From an uncultured bacterium (GTDB lineage: Bacteria > Patescibacteriota > Minisyncoccia > Phycocordibacterales > PALSA-1337), in NCBI GenBank assembly GCA_903870315.1, contig CAIQCJ010000002.1, forward strand, positions 4,820-68,819: 64,000 nt of DNA, in the 5' to 3' direction. Below, piece after piece: positions 1 through 8,862 of the stretch. Position 1 is the first letter of the stretch. Every line of letters starts with the position of its first letter. A model generated the notes under the pieces. It had not been told where the DNA came from. It saw nothing but the letters and a program-made list of their open reading frames with translations, and ran no database searches. A program made the translations under genes and the position numbers.

Positions 1-797
1 TTTCTCAAAAAAGTATTCGTGACTTAACCGACAAAGATTGGGCTGTTATTTATCGATCGTTTGAAACTAGAATCGAGCCATACATAAAACTGACGGCGGA
101 TGCAATCCGAAAATTTAATCATGGACAAAAAGCGCGAGTGCTTCGAAATATTGAGAACGCAATCAAGAGTGTAAAAAGTGCAAAAGGAGTTGTTGCCGAT
201 GCTTTGTTTAATCTCAAGGACGAAATAGGAATCACAATAAATCTCGTAACTCCTGCATTGACTGATCTCTATGACAAGGAAGGAATCGCAGCCGGATCGC
301 TTGTTGGATTTGATAGTCCTGCACTCCAGAGAAGTGTAATTGATAGATCAATCGCACTTATGGCAAAAAGCTACAACGAAACGACTCTTAATCTCCTAAA
401 AAGCAAACTTGATCAGGGAATAGCGGAAGGGCAGTCAATACCGGAACTTAAAAACACAATCTCGGATATTTATGAATTCAGCGATGCGACTCGTGCAGAA
501 ATGGTCGCCCGTACTGAAGCATTCAGGGCAGCAAATCTCGCAACAAAAGAAGCATGGAAACAAAGTGGAGTGGTAGAGACAGTGAAGTGGTACACCGCCG
601 AAGACAGTCTTGTCTGTACATTATGTGCGCCAATGGATGGAAAAGTCATAAGCGTCAATGAAAACTTTTTCGACAAAGGGGACACAGCACAAGGTTCGGA
701 TGGTTCTTCTTTTGACATCACGTATTCGGACGTGGAGACTCCGCCACTTCACCCCGACTGCCGATGCTACATCAGACCCGAAGATTTATCAGAGTAA
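1..797 (+). CDS. Phage head morphogenesis protein (Mu F / SPP1 gp7-like), 5' partial
   Basis: Open frame runs from window start (frame of ORF 138..797 has no stop back to base 3). Position immediately upstream of prohead protease and capsid. C-terminal HPDCRCY motif typical of this family. Confidence 0.55.
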   Translation, partial: SQKSIRDLTDKDWAVIYRSFETRIEPYIKLTADAIRKFNHGQKARVLRNIENAIKSVKSAKGVVADALFNLKDEIGITINLVTPALTDLYDKEGIAAGSLVGFDSPALQRSVIDRSIALMAKSYNETTLNLLKSKLDQGIAEGQSIPELKNTISDIYEFSDATRAEMVARTEAFRAANLATKEAWKQSGVVETVKWYTAEDSLVCTLCAPMDGKVISVNENFFDKGDTAQGSDGSSFDITYSDVETPPLHPDCRCYIRPEDLSE

Positions 798-815
798 TTA
801 TATTAATTAAATATT

Positions 816-1832
816 ATGAATAAAACATTTGAATTATTTACAAACGAAGCTCGGGAAAAGTTCACTGCCGCATTTGCGACACAAGAATTTTCAGACTTCA
901 TCGCAAAGACAAAAGCTGCAACCGACTCGGGAACATTCCGAGTGATCATCTCGACTGCTGCGCCAGATAGGCAAGGAGATTCAGTTGATCAGAATCTCTG
1001 GGATTTAAATAACTATCTCAACAATCCTGTCGTGTTATGGGCTCACGATTATTACTCGTTGCCGATCGGTGTAGCAACAAAGATAGAAAAGCAAAATGTT
1101 GCCGGAGCAGATGTGCTTGTTGCTGAAGGAAAATTCGCACCTGCTGATGCAAACCCATTCGCACAGCAAGTACGTGCTCTCTACGATGCAGGAATAGTGC
1201 GTGCAACCTCTGTTGGATTTATTCCAAACTCTGCCCGCATGGACGGTAAGAGTGATCAAGGGCATGAGCTTCTTGAATTTTCATTCGTGCCGGTGCCAGC
1301 CAATCCACAAGCACTCTCTTTGTCTCAAGCGAAAGAACTAGGTCTCAATCTTGAACTTCTCAAGACCAAGGGAATTGTTTTTGAGATGAAAGATCAGGAG
1401 CCGGACGAAGGAGATGTATGCACACTTTCGGACGGAAGCGAGGGAGTCCTAGAAGAAAACGGAAATGGAGAACTGGTGTGCGTACCAAAACCGAAAGCTG
1501 CAGACAAACCTGAAGATACAGAAAAGACAGCAAGCCCTCTCTCTAAAAAGACCAGAGAGAACATTCAAAATACCATCGAAGCCTTAAAGGCAGAAATCGC
1601 CGCTTTGGAAACGCTGCTAAAAACAGCCGACTTCCAGAGTGGTGAAGGGAAGGATAACCCGAACGATGCGGGTCCCTCAAAACAAAGGTCGAATCCTGAA
1701 GAATCTAGCGAAGTTTTTAATTTTGAAAATTGGAAATTCAGCCGCGAGGTTTTGCAGGCAATTGTAACTTCCGGTAGCGAAGCACTCGAGCGCTTCAACA
1801 AAGCTGCTCGTGTGATTGGCCGCCGGAAATAA
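816..1832 (+). CDS. HK97-family prohead protease (S78) with C-terminal coiled-coil scaffold-like extension
   Basis: VVLWAHDYYSLPIGVATKIE ... ATSVGF matches the Peptidase_S78 His and Ser blocks. C-terminal heptad-like ENIQNTIEALKAEIAALETLLK segment. Lies between head morphogenesis and capsid genes. Confidence 0.6.
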   Translation: MNKTFELFTNEAREKFTAAFATQEFSDFIAKTKAATDSGTFRVIISTAAPDRQGDSVDQNLWDLNNYLNNPVVLWAHDYYSLPIGVATKIEKQNVAGADVLVAEGKFAPADANPFAQQVRALYDAGIVRATSVGFIPNSARMDGKSDQGHELLEFSFVPVPANPQALSLSQAKELGLNLELLKTKGIVFEMKDQEPDEGDVCTLSDGSEGVLEENGNGELVCVPKPKAADKPEDTEKTASPLSKKTRENIQNTIEALKAEIAALETLLKTADFQSGEGKDNPNDAGPSKQRSNPEESSEVFNFENWKFSREVLQAIVTSGSEALERFNKAARVIGRRK

Positions 1833-1843
1833 TATACAAAACA

Positions 1844-3043
1844 ATGGATCAAAAAGATCAAAAACAACTTGAAGTTTTCAAGTCTGCAATGAACAACTTC
1901 TTTGACGATGCTATGAAGGAAAAACTCGGTCCCTACATTGGCGAGGTATCTGCAAATACGACTAGGGAGATCGTAGAGAAACTACGTCTCGAGCGTATGC
2001 AGTATGGCCAAGATAAGACCGGACTTTCCGAAAAGCAGAAAAAAGATTTTGTCGAAGTGGTCAAGAGCATCCTCATGAATGTCCCTATCGATGTAAAAGC
2101 CAATGAGGCTTTAATCGAGGAACAGGATAATCGTGGAGGTTTTCTTGTCTCGCGCGAAGTGGCTAACGCCATCTTGCGTATTGCCGCATCTGTCGGTGTT
2201 GTTTTGAGCCAAGCCCAGAAATGGGATCTCAAAACCGATGAGCTCGGAATTCCGAACTACACCGGAGCATTTTTGACTGGTCAATACCTCGGTGTTGATG
2301 CGGTCGGAACTGTTCAAGGTATGGCATTCGGTCAGGCAGCCTTGATGGCTAAAAAGTGGCAGCTCGCATTCGTGATTGGCAACGATCTTCTCGCTGATGC
2401 CTCAGTTAATCTTGCAGATTGGCTCTTGGCACTCGGTGGTGAAGCTCTTGCAAACATGATCGACTATCAAGCTTTCATGGGTACAGGAAGTCCTTTCGTT
2501 GGACTTTTGAATGACACAAAAGTGCCGAAGTATACCTTGCCTTCAGGCGAGACTTCGTTCGATAAGCTCGATCCGATCACTGACTGCTCAAATATCATCG
2601 CTCAACTTGAAGAATCTGTATTGGATGGTGCCGCATTTTATATGCACCGCACTGTCTGGGCAGCACTTCGAGCGGCAAAGACTACGCAGGGTATTCCAAT
2701 ATTGCCTCTTGCCGGTTTGGCAAGTCCCGCAGTTTTGGCAAACAGCCCAACTGGCGGCGGTCCGAAACCTGTAGGCGAGATTATGGGCTTCCCAGTTTTC
2801 ACTATTCGTCATTTGCCTCAGCTTTCCGCTACTGCAGCCGGAACAAAGTTCGCAGTCTTCGGAAATATGAAAGCAACGGCGTTCGGTGACAAGGGAGAGA
2901 TGCGTGTAGAACAGTACAACTCTGGTAACTTCGGAGGCAAAGAAATTGCCCTCGCTGATCAGCGCGGAATTGTCTACAAGCATCGCCATGCGTTCGTCAA
3001 TGTTCTGCCAAAGGCGTTCACCACGATTGAGACAGCTTCTTAA
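1844..3043 (+). CDS. Phage major capsid protein (HK97-fold)
   Basis: 399 aa ORF directly after the prohead protease, followed by a strong stem-loop. Size and position typical of HK97-type MCP. Sequence-level family assignment not verifiable here. Confidence 0.55.
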   Translation: MDQKDQKQLEVFKSAMNNFFDDAMKEKLGPYIGEVSANTTREIVEKLRLERMQYGQDKTGLSEKQKKDFVEVVKSILMNVPIDVKANEALIEEQDNRGGFLVSREVANAILRIAASVGVVLSQAQKWDLKTDELGIPNYTGAFLTGQYLGVDAVGTVQGMAFGQAALMAKKWQLAFVIGNDLLADASVNLADWLLALGGEALANMIDYQAFMGTGSPFVGLLNDTKVPKYTLPSGETSFDKLDPITDCSNIIAQLEESVLDGAAFYMHRTVWAALRAAKTTQGIPILPLAGLASPAVLANSPTGGGPKPVGEIMGFPVFTIRHLPQLSATAAGTKFAVFGNMKATAFGDKGEMRVEQYNSGNFGGKEIALADQRGIVYKHRHAFVNVLPKAFTTIETAS

Positions 3044-3060
3044 ATTGTAAGCAATAAATT

Positions 3061-3089
3061 CGACAGAGAAATATCCTAATTCTCTGTCG
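3061..3089 (+). terminator. Perfect 10-bp stem-loop (cgacagagaa / ttctctgtcg, 9-nt loop) immediately after capsid gene. Possible attenuator/terminator or RNA processing site
   Basis: Inverted repeat read directly from sequence. Not followed by a clear U-run, so intrinsic-terminator status is uncertain. Confidence 0.3.
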
Positions 3090-3141
3090 GAAAAATTGCG
3101 AAATAAAGGTCGGATTACAAACAATAATTCAAAACATAACT

Positions 3142-3582
3142 ATGCACAGTATTTATGACAACGTTGCGGTTTCTAAGAGCATCGCTCCACAAAGCGATAG
3201 CGGTGGCAGCGCAGTAGACGGCGCAGTCGTCGACACACTCGGCTACGAGACAGCGATGATTGTGTTTGAAGCCGGGGCGATTTCTGGAACTCCTGATGCG
3301 ACATCAATCGCAGTCAAGCTCCAAGAAGGTGATGCTGCTGACGGTAGCGACATGGCTGATGCCAAGGACAATACCGAAACAGTGATTGGCGGAACCATCA
3401 CTGCAGCCGGAGTTCTTCTCGCTCGTGTTGAAGGCTTAGGCCTAAATAGGAAGCGATATCTCCGAGTTGTAGAGACAACGACCTTCACCAACGGTACAAC
3501 GCCGGCAGTTTCTGTTCATGGAAACATCCTGCTCGGCCGAGGTTTACAAAAACCTGCCAACGCTGACGTTTCAAACACCTAA
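3142..3582 (+). CDS. Hypothetical phage head-associated protein (Ala/Gly/Thr-rich; possible decoration protein)
   Basis: 146 aa ORF with own ATG after capsid gene. Composition and position only. Confidence 0.3.
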   Translation: MHSIYDNVAVSKSIAPQSDSGGSAVDGAVVDTLGYETAMIVFEAGAISGTPDATSIAVKLQEGDAADGSDMADAKDNTETVIGGTITAAGVLLARVEGLGLNRKRYLRVVETTTFTNGTTPAVSVHGNILLGRGLQKPANADVSNT

Positions 3583-3649
3583 GAGAATTGATCGCGTTCT
3601 CGCAGTATCCGTTTATGCGGATACTGACGAGGACACGATCCACAAACAT

Positions 3650-4303
3650 ATGAGCGAACAAATATATCCTCACGCCTTAACTACAGTTCAAAGAGTCAAA
3701 GATCTTCTCGGCATCACTGTTACAAATGCCGATCCCGTTCTTTTGCGTTTGATAAATGGAGCTACAGATTTTATTCAGGGCTACTGCAATGAATTCTTCG
3801 CGCAAAAAACCTACACGAATGATCTCTACTCAATCTGGGGTGAGCGACAGGAATACTTGATGCTCAATCATGGCAACGTGACTTCTCTTAGCAGTTTCCA
3901 GTACCGAGCAGGTACGCCATCAAATCCAATCTGGACAGATTTCCTCGCTGATCAATATGAGCTCGTTGAGCCTGATCCAAGTGGTATGTGTAAAAGCGGA
4001 ATGATTCGCATCTATGCGGGTTTTGCTCCGCTTCTTTACACAAGCACCAATGCGATCAGAGCTACATACACGGCAGGTTTTCTTATCAGTTGGTCTGACT
4101 TCGGAAATTTGGCAAAACATAATCTTCCAGCAGATCTTACAAACCTCTGCGAAAGTCTTGTGACTCGATATTGGAAGCATCGTGAATCAAGCGGAAAGAA
4201 AACCGAATCGATAAAAGATTCGAATGTCAGTTGGAATGATTTTCTGGATAGTTTCGACACAGACGTACTCGAAAGATATGTGCGTCCAGTGAGATTCATC
4301 TAA
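3650..4303 (+). CDS. Head-tail connector protein (gp6-like)
   Basis: VKDLLGITVTNADPVLLRLINGATDFIQGYCN resembles the N-terminal signature of gp6-like head-tail connector/DNA-packaging proteins. Start chosen at internal Met (MSEQ) because upstream part of ORF 3518.. overlaps the preceding gene. Confidence 0.45.
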   Translation: MSEQIYPHALTTVQRVKDLLGITVTNADPVLLRLINGATDFIQGYCNEFFAQKTYTNDLYSIWGERQEYLMLNHGNVTSLSSFQYRAGTPSNPIWTDFLADQYELVEPDPSGMCKSGMIRIYAGFAPLLYTSTNAIRATYTAGFLISWSDFGNLAKHNLPADLTNLCESLVTRYWKHRESSGKKTESIKDSNVSWNDFLDSFDTDVLERYVRPVRFI

Positions 4304-4307
4304 AGCT

Positions 4308-4817
4308 ATGGCAGAAACTCAATTCAACATAAGAATTCAGAACCTTGATCAAATTGTTTCTGCATTCAGACAAGCACCATCGATCACTGCTCCAAGAATA
4401 TCCGATGCAATCAACAAAGCACTCGCTATTCTTGCGAAAAACGGAGACGAAAGCACATTCCAATTCAAAACACCAAGAGAGCTACGAACAGGGTACCTCT
4501 CAGCATCATGGGGAGCTCCCGGACGAGGATTGTCACTTGCGACACCATCAAATCTCTCGGGAAAAATATGGACAAACGCAGGATATGCAATCTACGTTCA
4601 CGAAGGAACAGCACCACACACAATCACTGTCAGAGTAAAAAAAGTTCTGGCAAATCAAAAAACCGGAGAGATATTCGGAAAAACAGTGCATCACCCGGGA
4701 ACCGCTCCCAACAGATTCATCCCGAGAATTATCAGCAAAAGCCAAAGCGATATCAATACAGCTTTCAGAGTTGCTCTTGATTACATCGTGCAGGACATAG
4801 CAAACAAATCGCAATGA
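4308..4817 (+). CDS. Phage head-tail joining / head closure-like protein (hypothetical)
   Basis: 169 aa ORF in the canonical slot between connector and tail genes. No recognisable motif. Confidence 0.3.
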   Translation: MAETQFNIRIQNLDQIVSAFRQAPSITAPRISDAINKALAILAKNGDESTFQFKTPRELRTGYLSASWGAPGRGLSLATPSNLSGKIWTNAGYAIYVHEGTAPHTITVRVKKVLANQKTGEIFGKTVHHPGTAPNRFIPRIISKSQSDINTAFRVALDYIVQDIANKSQ

Positions 4818-5254
4818 GTGCAATAGGAAATATAAAACTGAAAATTATTGATCATCTTAACGCTCTCAAAACTGCGGGAACATTGGGGCAGGTAATTGTC
4901 GAACAGGCGGGAGCGCAAAACATGTTCGACAGAGATCTTCTTGTGTACCCGAGCGCGATTCTGCTTCCCGGCACAGCCGAAGGAAACGTCGAATCAAATC
5001 AAGACAACTTATATCTCTACTCGTTTGACATTGTGGTCGTTATGAAAAATGACAACATCACCGGACAAACGGCAGTAGAAGATTTACTCGAAGCTGTAGT
5101 TCAAGAATTCAACAAAGATTTTACTCTTGGCGGAACAGCAGTCGGAGCAGTCGATCCGACATCGTCATCGCCGGCGGCCATCGAATCAAGCGGACAGACA
5201 TATACAGTATTCGTGGTTACGCTCAAGGCGAAAACATTACTCACGTTCAACTAA
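4814..5254 (+). CDS. Phage tail component (hypothetical; tail completion/terminator slot)
   Basis: 146 aa ORF, ATGA-type overlap with the upstream gene. Position only. Confidence 0.3.
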   Translation: MSAIGNIKLKIIDHLNALKTAGTLGQVIVEQAGAQNMFDRDLLVYPSAILLPGTAEGNVESNQDNLYLYSFDIVVVMKNDNITGQTAVEDLLEAVVQEFNKDFTLGGTAVGAVDPTSSSPAAIESSGQTYTVFVVTLKAKTLLTFN

Positions 5255-5268
5255 AAACATGATCGAAA

Positions 5269-5441
5269 AAGCAAACATTACCAAAGACATGTCTTCACCC
5301 GTCAAAGAGTATCACTTTGCCGGAAGCGGAAAATATTATCCTCTCACTGTTACTGCCAAAAGCAGAGAGGAAGCCGAGAAGATATGGATCGAGAAAAGGC
5401 AGGAAGTAAAGGTCGAGGAAACAAATAATCAAACACAATAA
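5269..5441 (+). CDS. Small hypothetical phage protein (57 aa)
   Basis: ATG at 5269 (MIEKANITKD...) in frame with the tail of ORF 5127..5441. Fills the gap before the major tail gene. Confidence 0.25.
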
Positions 5442-5443
5442 TT

Positions 5444-6433
5444 ATGTCAAAAGGAATAGGAAAATTATTTCAGATAGGAATTGCAAAGGAGACATCAAGA
5501 GGCACTCCGATCGCGACAGCTTCATACTGGCCAGCTTTCACCGATGCTTCGCCAGAAGAAAAAGTAGAGAATGCCGTTGATTCACAGTCGTATGGTGTGA
5601 TTGAAGACAGTGCCTCTCAGACCAGAGTTAAAAACTGGATGGAAGGATCAATCAATGCTCCGGTTACAGATCAAAGTTTCGTGCTCTTGCTTCTGTCTCT
5701 TCTCGGTACAGATACTCCTGCTTTGCATGCAGGAGAAACTACAGTCTACGATCACGTTCTGACTGTGGCACAAAATTCGCAGCATCAGTCGCTGACTCTT
5801 TTCGTTCACGATCCGATCGCAAGTCAGGATTACTCGCATACTCTTGGAGTGGTCCATAAGATGGATATTGATTATGCGTTAAAAGATTTTGTGAAATATG
5901 CCGCCTCAATTATGGGTCAGCAGGGATCGCAAAAATCAGCTTTCTCTCCGTCACAATCGGCCGAGAATAGATTCGTACCTCAGTATCTAACATTCAAAAC
6001 CGCAACTAACCTCGCAGGACTTGCCGCTGCAACTCCGATAGCAATAAAGAGTTTGAAACTTACGATCGATGACACCATCGAATCACAGGATGTTCTCGGA
6101 AGCGCATCGCCAGCCGACTTTTTGAATAAAGAATTCAAAATAGAAGGAACGCTTGAAGCAATCTGGCAAAACGAAAGTGACTTCAAAACAAACACGATCG
6201 CCAATACACCTCAAGCAATGCGCCTTGATTTGATCAACTCCGCAGTAACACTCGGAACTTCCGCACATCCTGAAATTAAAATTGATCTTGCAAAAGTTTA
6301 CTTCACCGAGTTCAGTCGTCCGATAAAAGTAAAAGATATTGTCTACCAGACTTTGAAATTCAAAGCCGCATATTCGATATCAGATGCGCAGATGGTGAAA
6401 ATCACCTGCACAAACACAGTCGCAGCTTATTAA
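5444..6433 (+). CDS. Phage major tail (tube) protein
   Basis: 329 aa ORF immediately upstream of the G/GT chaperone pair and tape measure gene, the conserved siphovirus order. Confidence 0.45.
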   Translation: MSKGIGKLFQIGIAKETSRGTPIATASYWPAFTDASPEEKVENAVDSQSYGVIEDSASQTRVKNWMEGSINAPVTDQSFVLLLLSLLGTDTPALHAGETTVYDHVLTVAQNSQHQSLTLFVHDPIASQDYSHTLGVVHKMDIDYALKDFVKYAASIMGQQGSQKSAFSPSQSAENRFVPQYLTFKTATNLAGLAAATPIAIKSLKLTIDDTIESQDVLGSASPADFLNKEFKIEGTLEAIWQNESDFKTNTIANTPQAMRLDLINSAVTLGTSAHPEIKIDLAKVYFTEFSRPIKVKDIVYQTLKFKAAYSISDAQMVKITCTNTVAAY

Positions 6434-6451
6434 TAGAAGTAATTAACATTT

Positions 6452-6778
6452 ATGGAAGAAAGAGAAACAAAAAATATCACAACGCCGAGTAATCACGTAA
6501 TAGTCCTCAAAACTTATCTCACTGGTAGGGAAGTGAACGATATTAAACGCACACTTTTCGGATCGGTATCAGTCGAGCGAGGAGAAGATGGTAAACCGGT
6601 CATTCCGGAATATCCGCTCTCTTTGGCAATTGACCGAGAGAAGAAACTTCTCGAATACACGGTGATCTCGATTGACGGCGTCAAAGAAAATGCCGCTGAC
6701 AAAGTTCAAGATCTGGTTGCGGGGGACTACAAGTTCGTAGTTGCGGAAGCTGAAAAAGCGGTAGATGGAAATTTTTAG
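6452..6778 (+). CDS. Tail assembly chaperone (G product)
   Basis: 108 aa ORF directly upstream of tape measure gene. Ends in slippery heptamer plus stop. See frameshift feature. Confidence 0.55.
   Translation: MEERETKNITTPSNHVIVLKTYLTGREVNDIKRTLFGSVSVERGEDGKPVIPEYPLSLAIDREKKLLEYTVISIDGVKENAADKVQDLVAGDYKFVVAEAEKAVDGNF
6769..6775 (+). promoter_or_regulatory. -1 programmed ribosomal frameshift slippery heptamer A_AAT_TTT at the end of the chaperone gene
   Basis: Zero-frame codons gga aat ttt tag, so heptamer AAATTTT (X_XXY_YYZ) sits directly on the stop codon. The -1 frame is open for 68 further codons. Confidence 0.55.
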
Positions 6779-6984
6779 AGGGCGAAGTTGAGGCGGCATG
6801 GGTCAGATACTTCGCCTTTGGAAATCTCGAATTCCCCGATGAAATGACGGTAGCGATTCTTTGCAGAGAAATGGGCTGGACATGGAATGAGCTTCAGAAT
6901 CAGCCGATCTGGTTTGTGAAAAATCTCATGGCATATCTTAGCGCTGAATCAGATCACATAAAAAAGCAGCAAAAAAATAAATGA
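6775..6984 (+). CDS. Tail assembly chaperone -1 frame extension (T part of G-T fusion)
   Basis: -1 frame reads LEGEVEAAWVRYFAFGNLEFPDEMTVAILCREMGWTWNELQNQPIWFVKNLMAYLSAESDHIKKQQKNK* with no internal stop and no ATG start. Terminates in ATGA overlap with tape measure start at 6981. Confidence 0.5.
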   Translation, partial: LEGEVEAAWVRYFAFGNLEFPDEMTVAILCREMGWTWNELQNQPIWFVKNLMAYLSAESDHIKKQQKNK

Positions 6985-8861
6985 ATTCAATACTCCAAAT
7001 AGTCATACAAGCAGTTGATCAGGCATCTGAAGCCTTGAGTAATATCGGCAATGCAATAAGTGCCGATGGACAAAAAGCGTTGACTACTCAGCAACAGATG
7101 CAACAAATGGGTCAAGCAATGGAACAGGCTGGTACTCGAGTATTGGCTATGGGTGCGGCTGCTGATGCCTTTTATGGAGGAGCAGTTCTTGCAGCAGAAA
7201 AAAGTCAGCAGGCAGAAGCTAGTCTGGCGGCAAGTGTTGAAAATTTGGTCAAACAATCTGAAGCAAGTATGGGTGCTGATAGCGGTGCTGCTCAGCAGAA
7301 AGCTTTTCTTACAACGAAGATACAGGAAGCTCAAGCTAGTATTGCCAAGCTTTCATCAGAGACGGAGAAAAGTACGCAGCTCGCCAAAGATCATGGAGCC
7401 GCTAACGAGGCGAATGCGGCGAAGATAGATGCTCTCAATCAGACAGTCGCAAAATATCAAGGTCAGCTTGATCTTCTAAACAATACGCAGAAACTTGCAG
7501 GCGCATCGGCTCAGTCGATAATTTCAACATTTGAAAACCTTGCAGAAAAGAATGTGGCTCTTGGTTTCGGTATTGAGGATTCGGTAAATGCTCTCAATGG
7601 ATTATTTACTGAAACAAAAAGCATGCCGGAAGCCATACAGGCATATAATGCCGCTCTTGATTTATCTAGATTCAAACATATGGATCTTGAGACTGCGACA
7701 AAGCAAGTTGAAATGGCGCTACAAGGTCAAGGTCGCGCACTAGCAACTCTTGGCATCCAAATTAAAGATGGACTCACGCCAATGCAAGCACTTCAAGCCT
7801 TGCAAGAGCAGGTCAAAGGACAGGCTGAAGCATATGCCGACACGCTCGGAGGAAAAACGGCGGTAGCATTGCAAAAAATAAATAAATTATTTGAGGACAT
7901 GGGCAAAACGCAGATGCCGATTTTGACAAAACTGATCGGAATTTTTGCGGACATCATAGACAAGATAGATCAGTGGGTCACTGCTCATCCAAAATTGACA
8001 GCAGCTATTATGGTTTCAATTGGAGTATTTGGAGTCCTTGCAACAATCGCAGGAACGCTTCTCATAACTGTCGGGGCATTAGTCGTGATATTCGGTACTG
8101 CCGCAGCAGCGGTCGCAGGATGGGCAATTGCAATTATTGCCGCAGTAGCAATTCTTGCAGGCATCGTAACACTCATCTTTGAATACCATACTCAGATATG
8201 GAATTTCATTCAGATGATCTGGCAGAAAATAACTGCATGGCTCGGAGAACAGTGGACAAAAATCACTGCTGACTTCAATCAGGCATGGAATGCGATAAAA
8301 ACTCTAGCAAAAGATGTTATGGATTTTGTGATGAGTATTATTACAGCTGATGTTCAGATAATTGGTACGGCATGGAATACAGCATGGAGCGGTATATCAG
8401 ATTTCTTCACAGGTATATGGAACGGAATAAAAAATGCTTTGCAAAGTGCGGTGTCATTCATTACTGATCAGTTGAATAATCTCTTTAGTTTTGTCTCAAA
8501 TATTGCAGGAAAAATATCAGCGCCAATTCAATCAATAACAAGTTTTGTCTCAAGCGCTGCTTCAGCCGCAGGAAGAATCGGAAGTTCAATCGGCAATGCA
8601 GTCTCAAGTGTTGTGCCTCATTTCGCATCTGGCGGAATAGTGAACGGTCCGACGTACGCGCTTGTCGGCGAAGCGGGTCCCGAGGCAATTATTCCACTCT
8701 CAATGCTTGGACGTGGTGGAAGTACGATAGGGAATAATCAATCAGGCTCAATCAACGTGTATCTTTCAGGAAATTTTTACACAGATCAGCAGAACGCAAC
8801 AAGAATCGGAAACATGATCGCAAAGGTCTTGAATCAACAGCTTAAGCTCAAGAATTACTGA
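6981..8861 (+). CDS. Tail tape measure protein
   Basis: 626 aa. N-terminal coiled-coil-rich region, central hydrophobic/TM block, and repeated W-containing segments (ITAWLGEQWTKITADFNQAWNAIK; GTAWNTAWSGISDFFTGIWNGIKNAL) typical of TMPs. Follows G/GT chaperone. Confidence 0.75.
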   Translation: MNSILQIVIQAVDQASEALSNIGNAISADGQKALTTQQQMQQMGQAMEQAGTRVLAMGAAADAFYGGAVLAAEKSQQAEASLAASVENLVKQSEASMGADSGAAQQKAFLTTKIQEAQASIAKLSSETEKSTQLAKDHGAANEANAAKIDALNQTVAKYQGQLDLLNNTQKLAGASAQSIISTFENLAEKNVALGFGIEDSVNALNGLFTETKSMPEAIQAYNAALDLSRFKHMDLETATKQVEMALQGQGRALATLGIQIKDGLTPMQALQALQEQVKGQAEAYADTLGGKTAVALQKINKLFEDMGKTQMPILTKLIGIFADIIDKIDQWVTAHPKLTAAIMVSIGVFGVLATIAGTLLITVGALVVIFGTAAAAVAGWAIAIIAAVAILAGIVTLIFEYHTQIWNFIQMIWQKITAWLGEQWTKITADFNQAWNAIKTLAKDVMDFVMSIITADVQIIGTAWNTAWSGISDFFTGIWNGIKNALQSAVSFITDQLNNLFSFVSNIAGKISAPIQSITSFVSSAASAAGRIGSSIGNAVSSVVPHFASGGIVNGPTYALVGEAGPEAIIPLSMLGRGGSTIGNNQSGSINVYLSGNFYTDQQNATRIGNMIAKVLNQQLKLKNY

Positions 8862-8862
8862 C

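Noticed and set aside
4345-4780. H/Q/K-rich ORFs 4345..4638 and 4508..4780 (+)
   Set aside because: Alternate frames fully nested in the better-supported 4308..4817 phage gene. No start context.
7153-8182. Small ORFs 7153..7428, 7973..8182 (+) and 6987..7334, 7985..8176 (-) within the tape measure gene
   Set aside because: Nested or antisense in a long, well-supported TMP ORF. Arg/Cys-rich compositions typical of off-frame artefacts.
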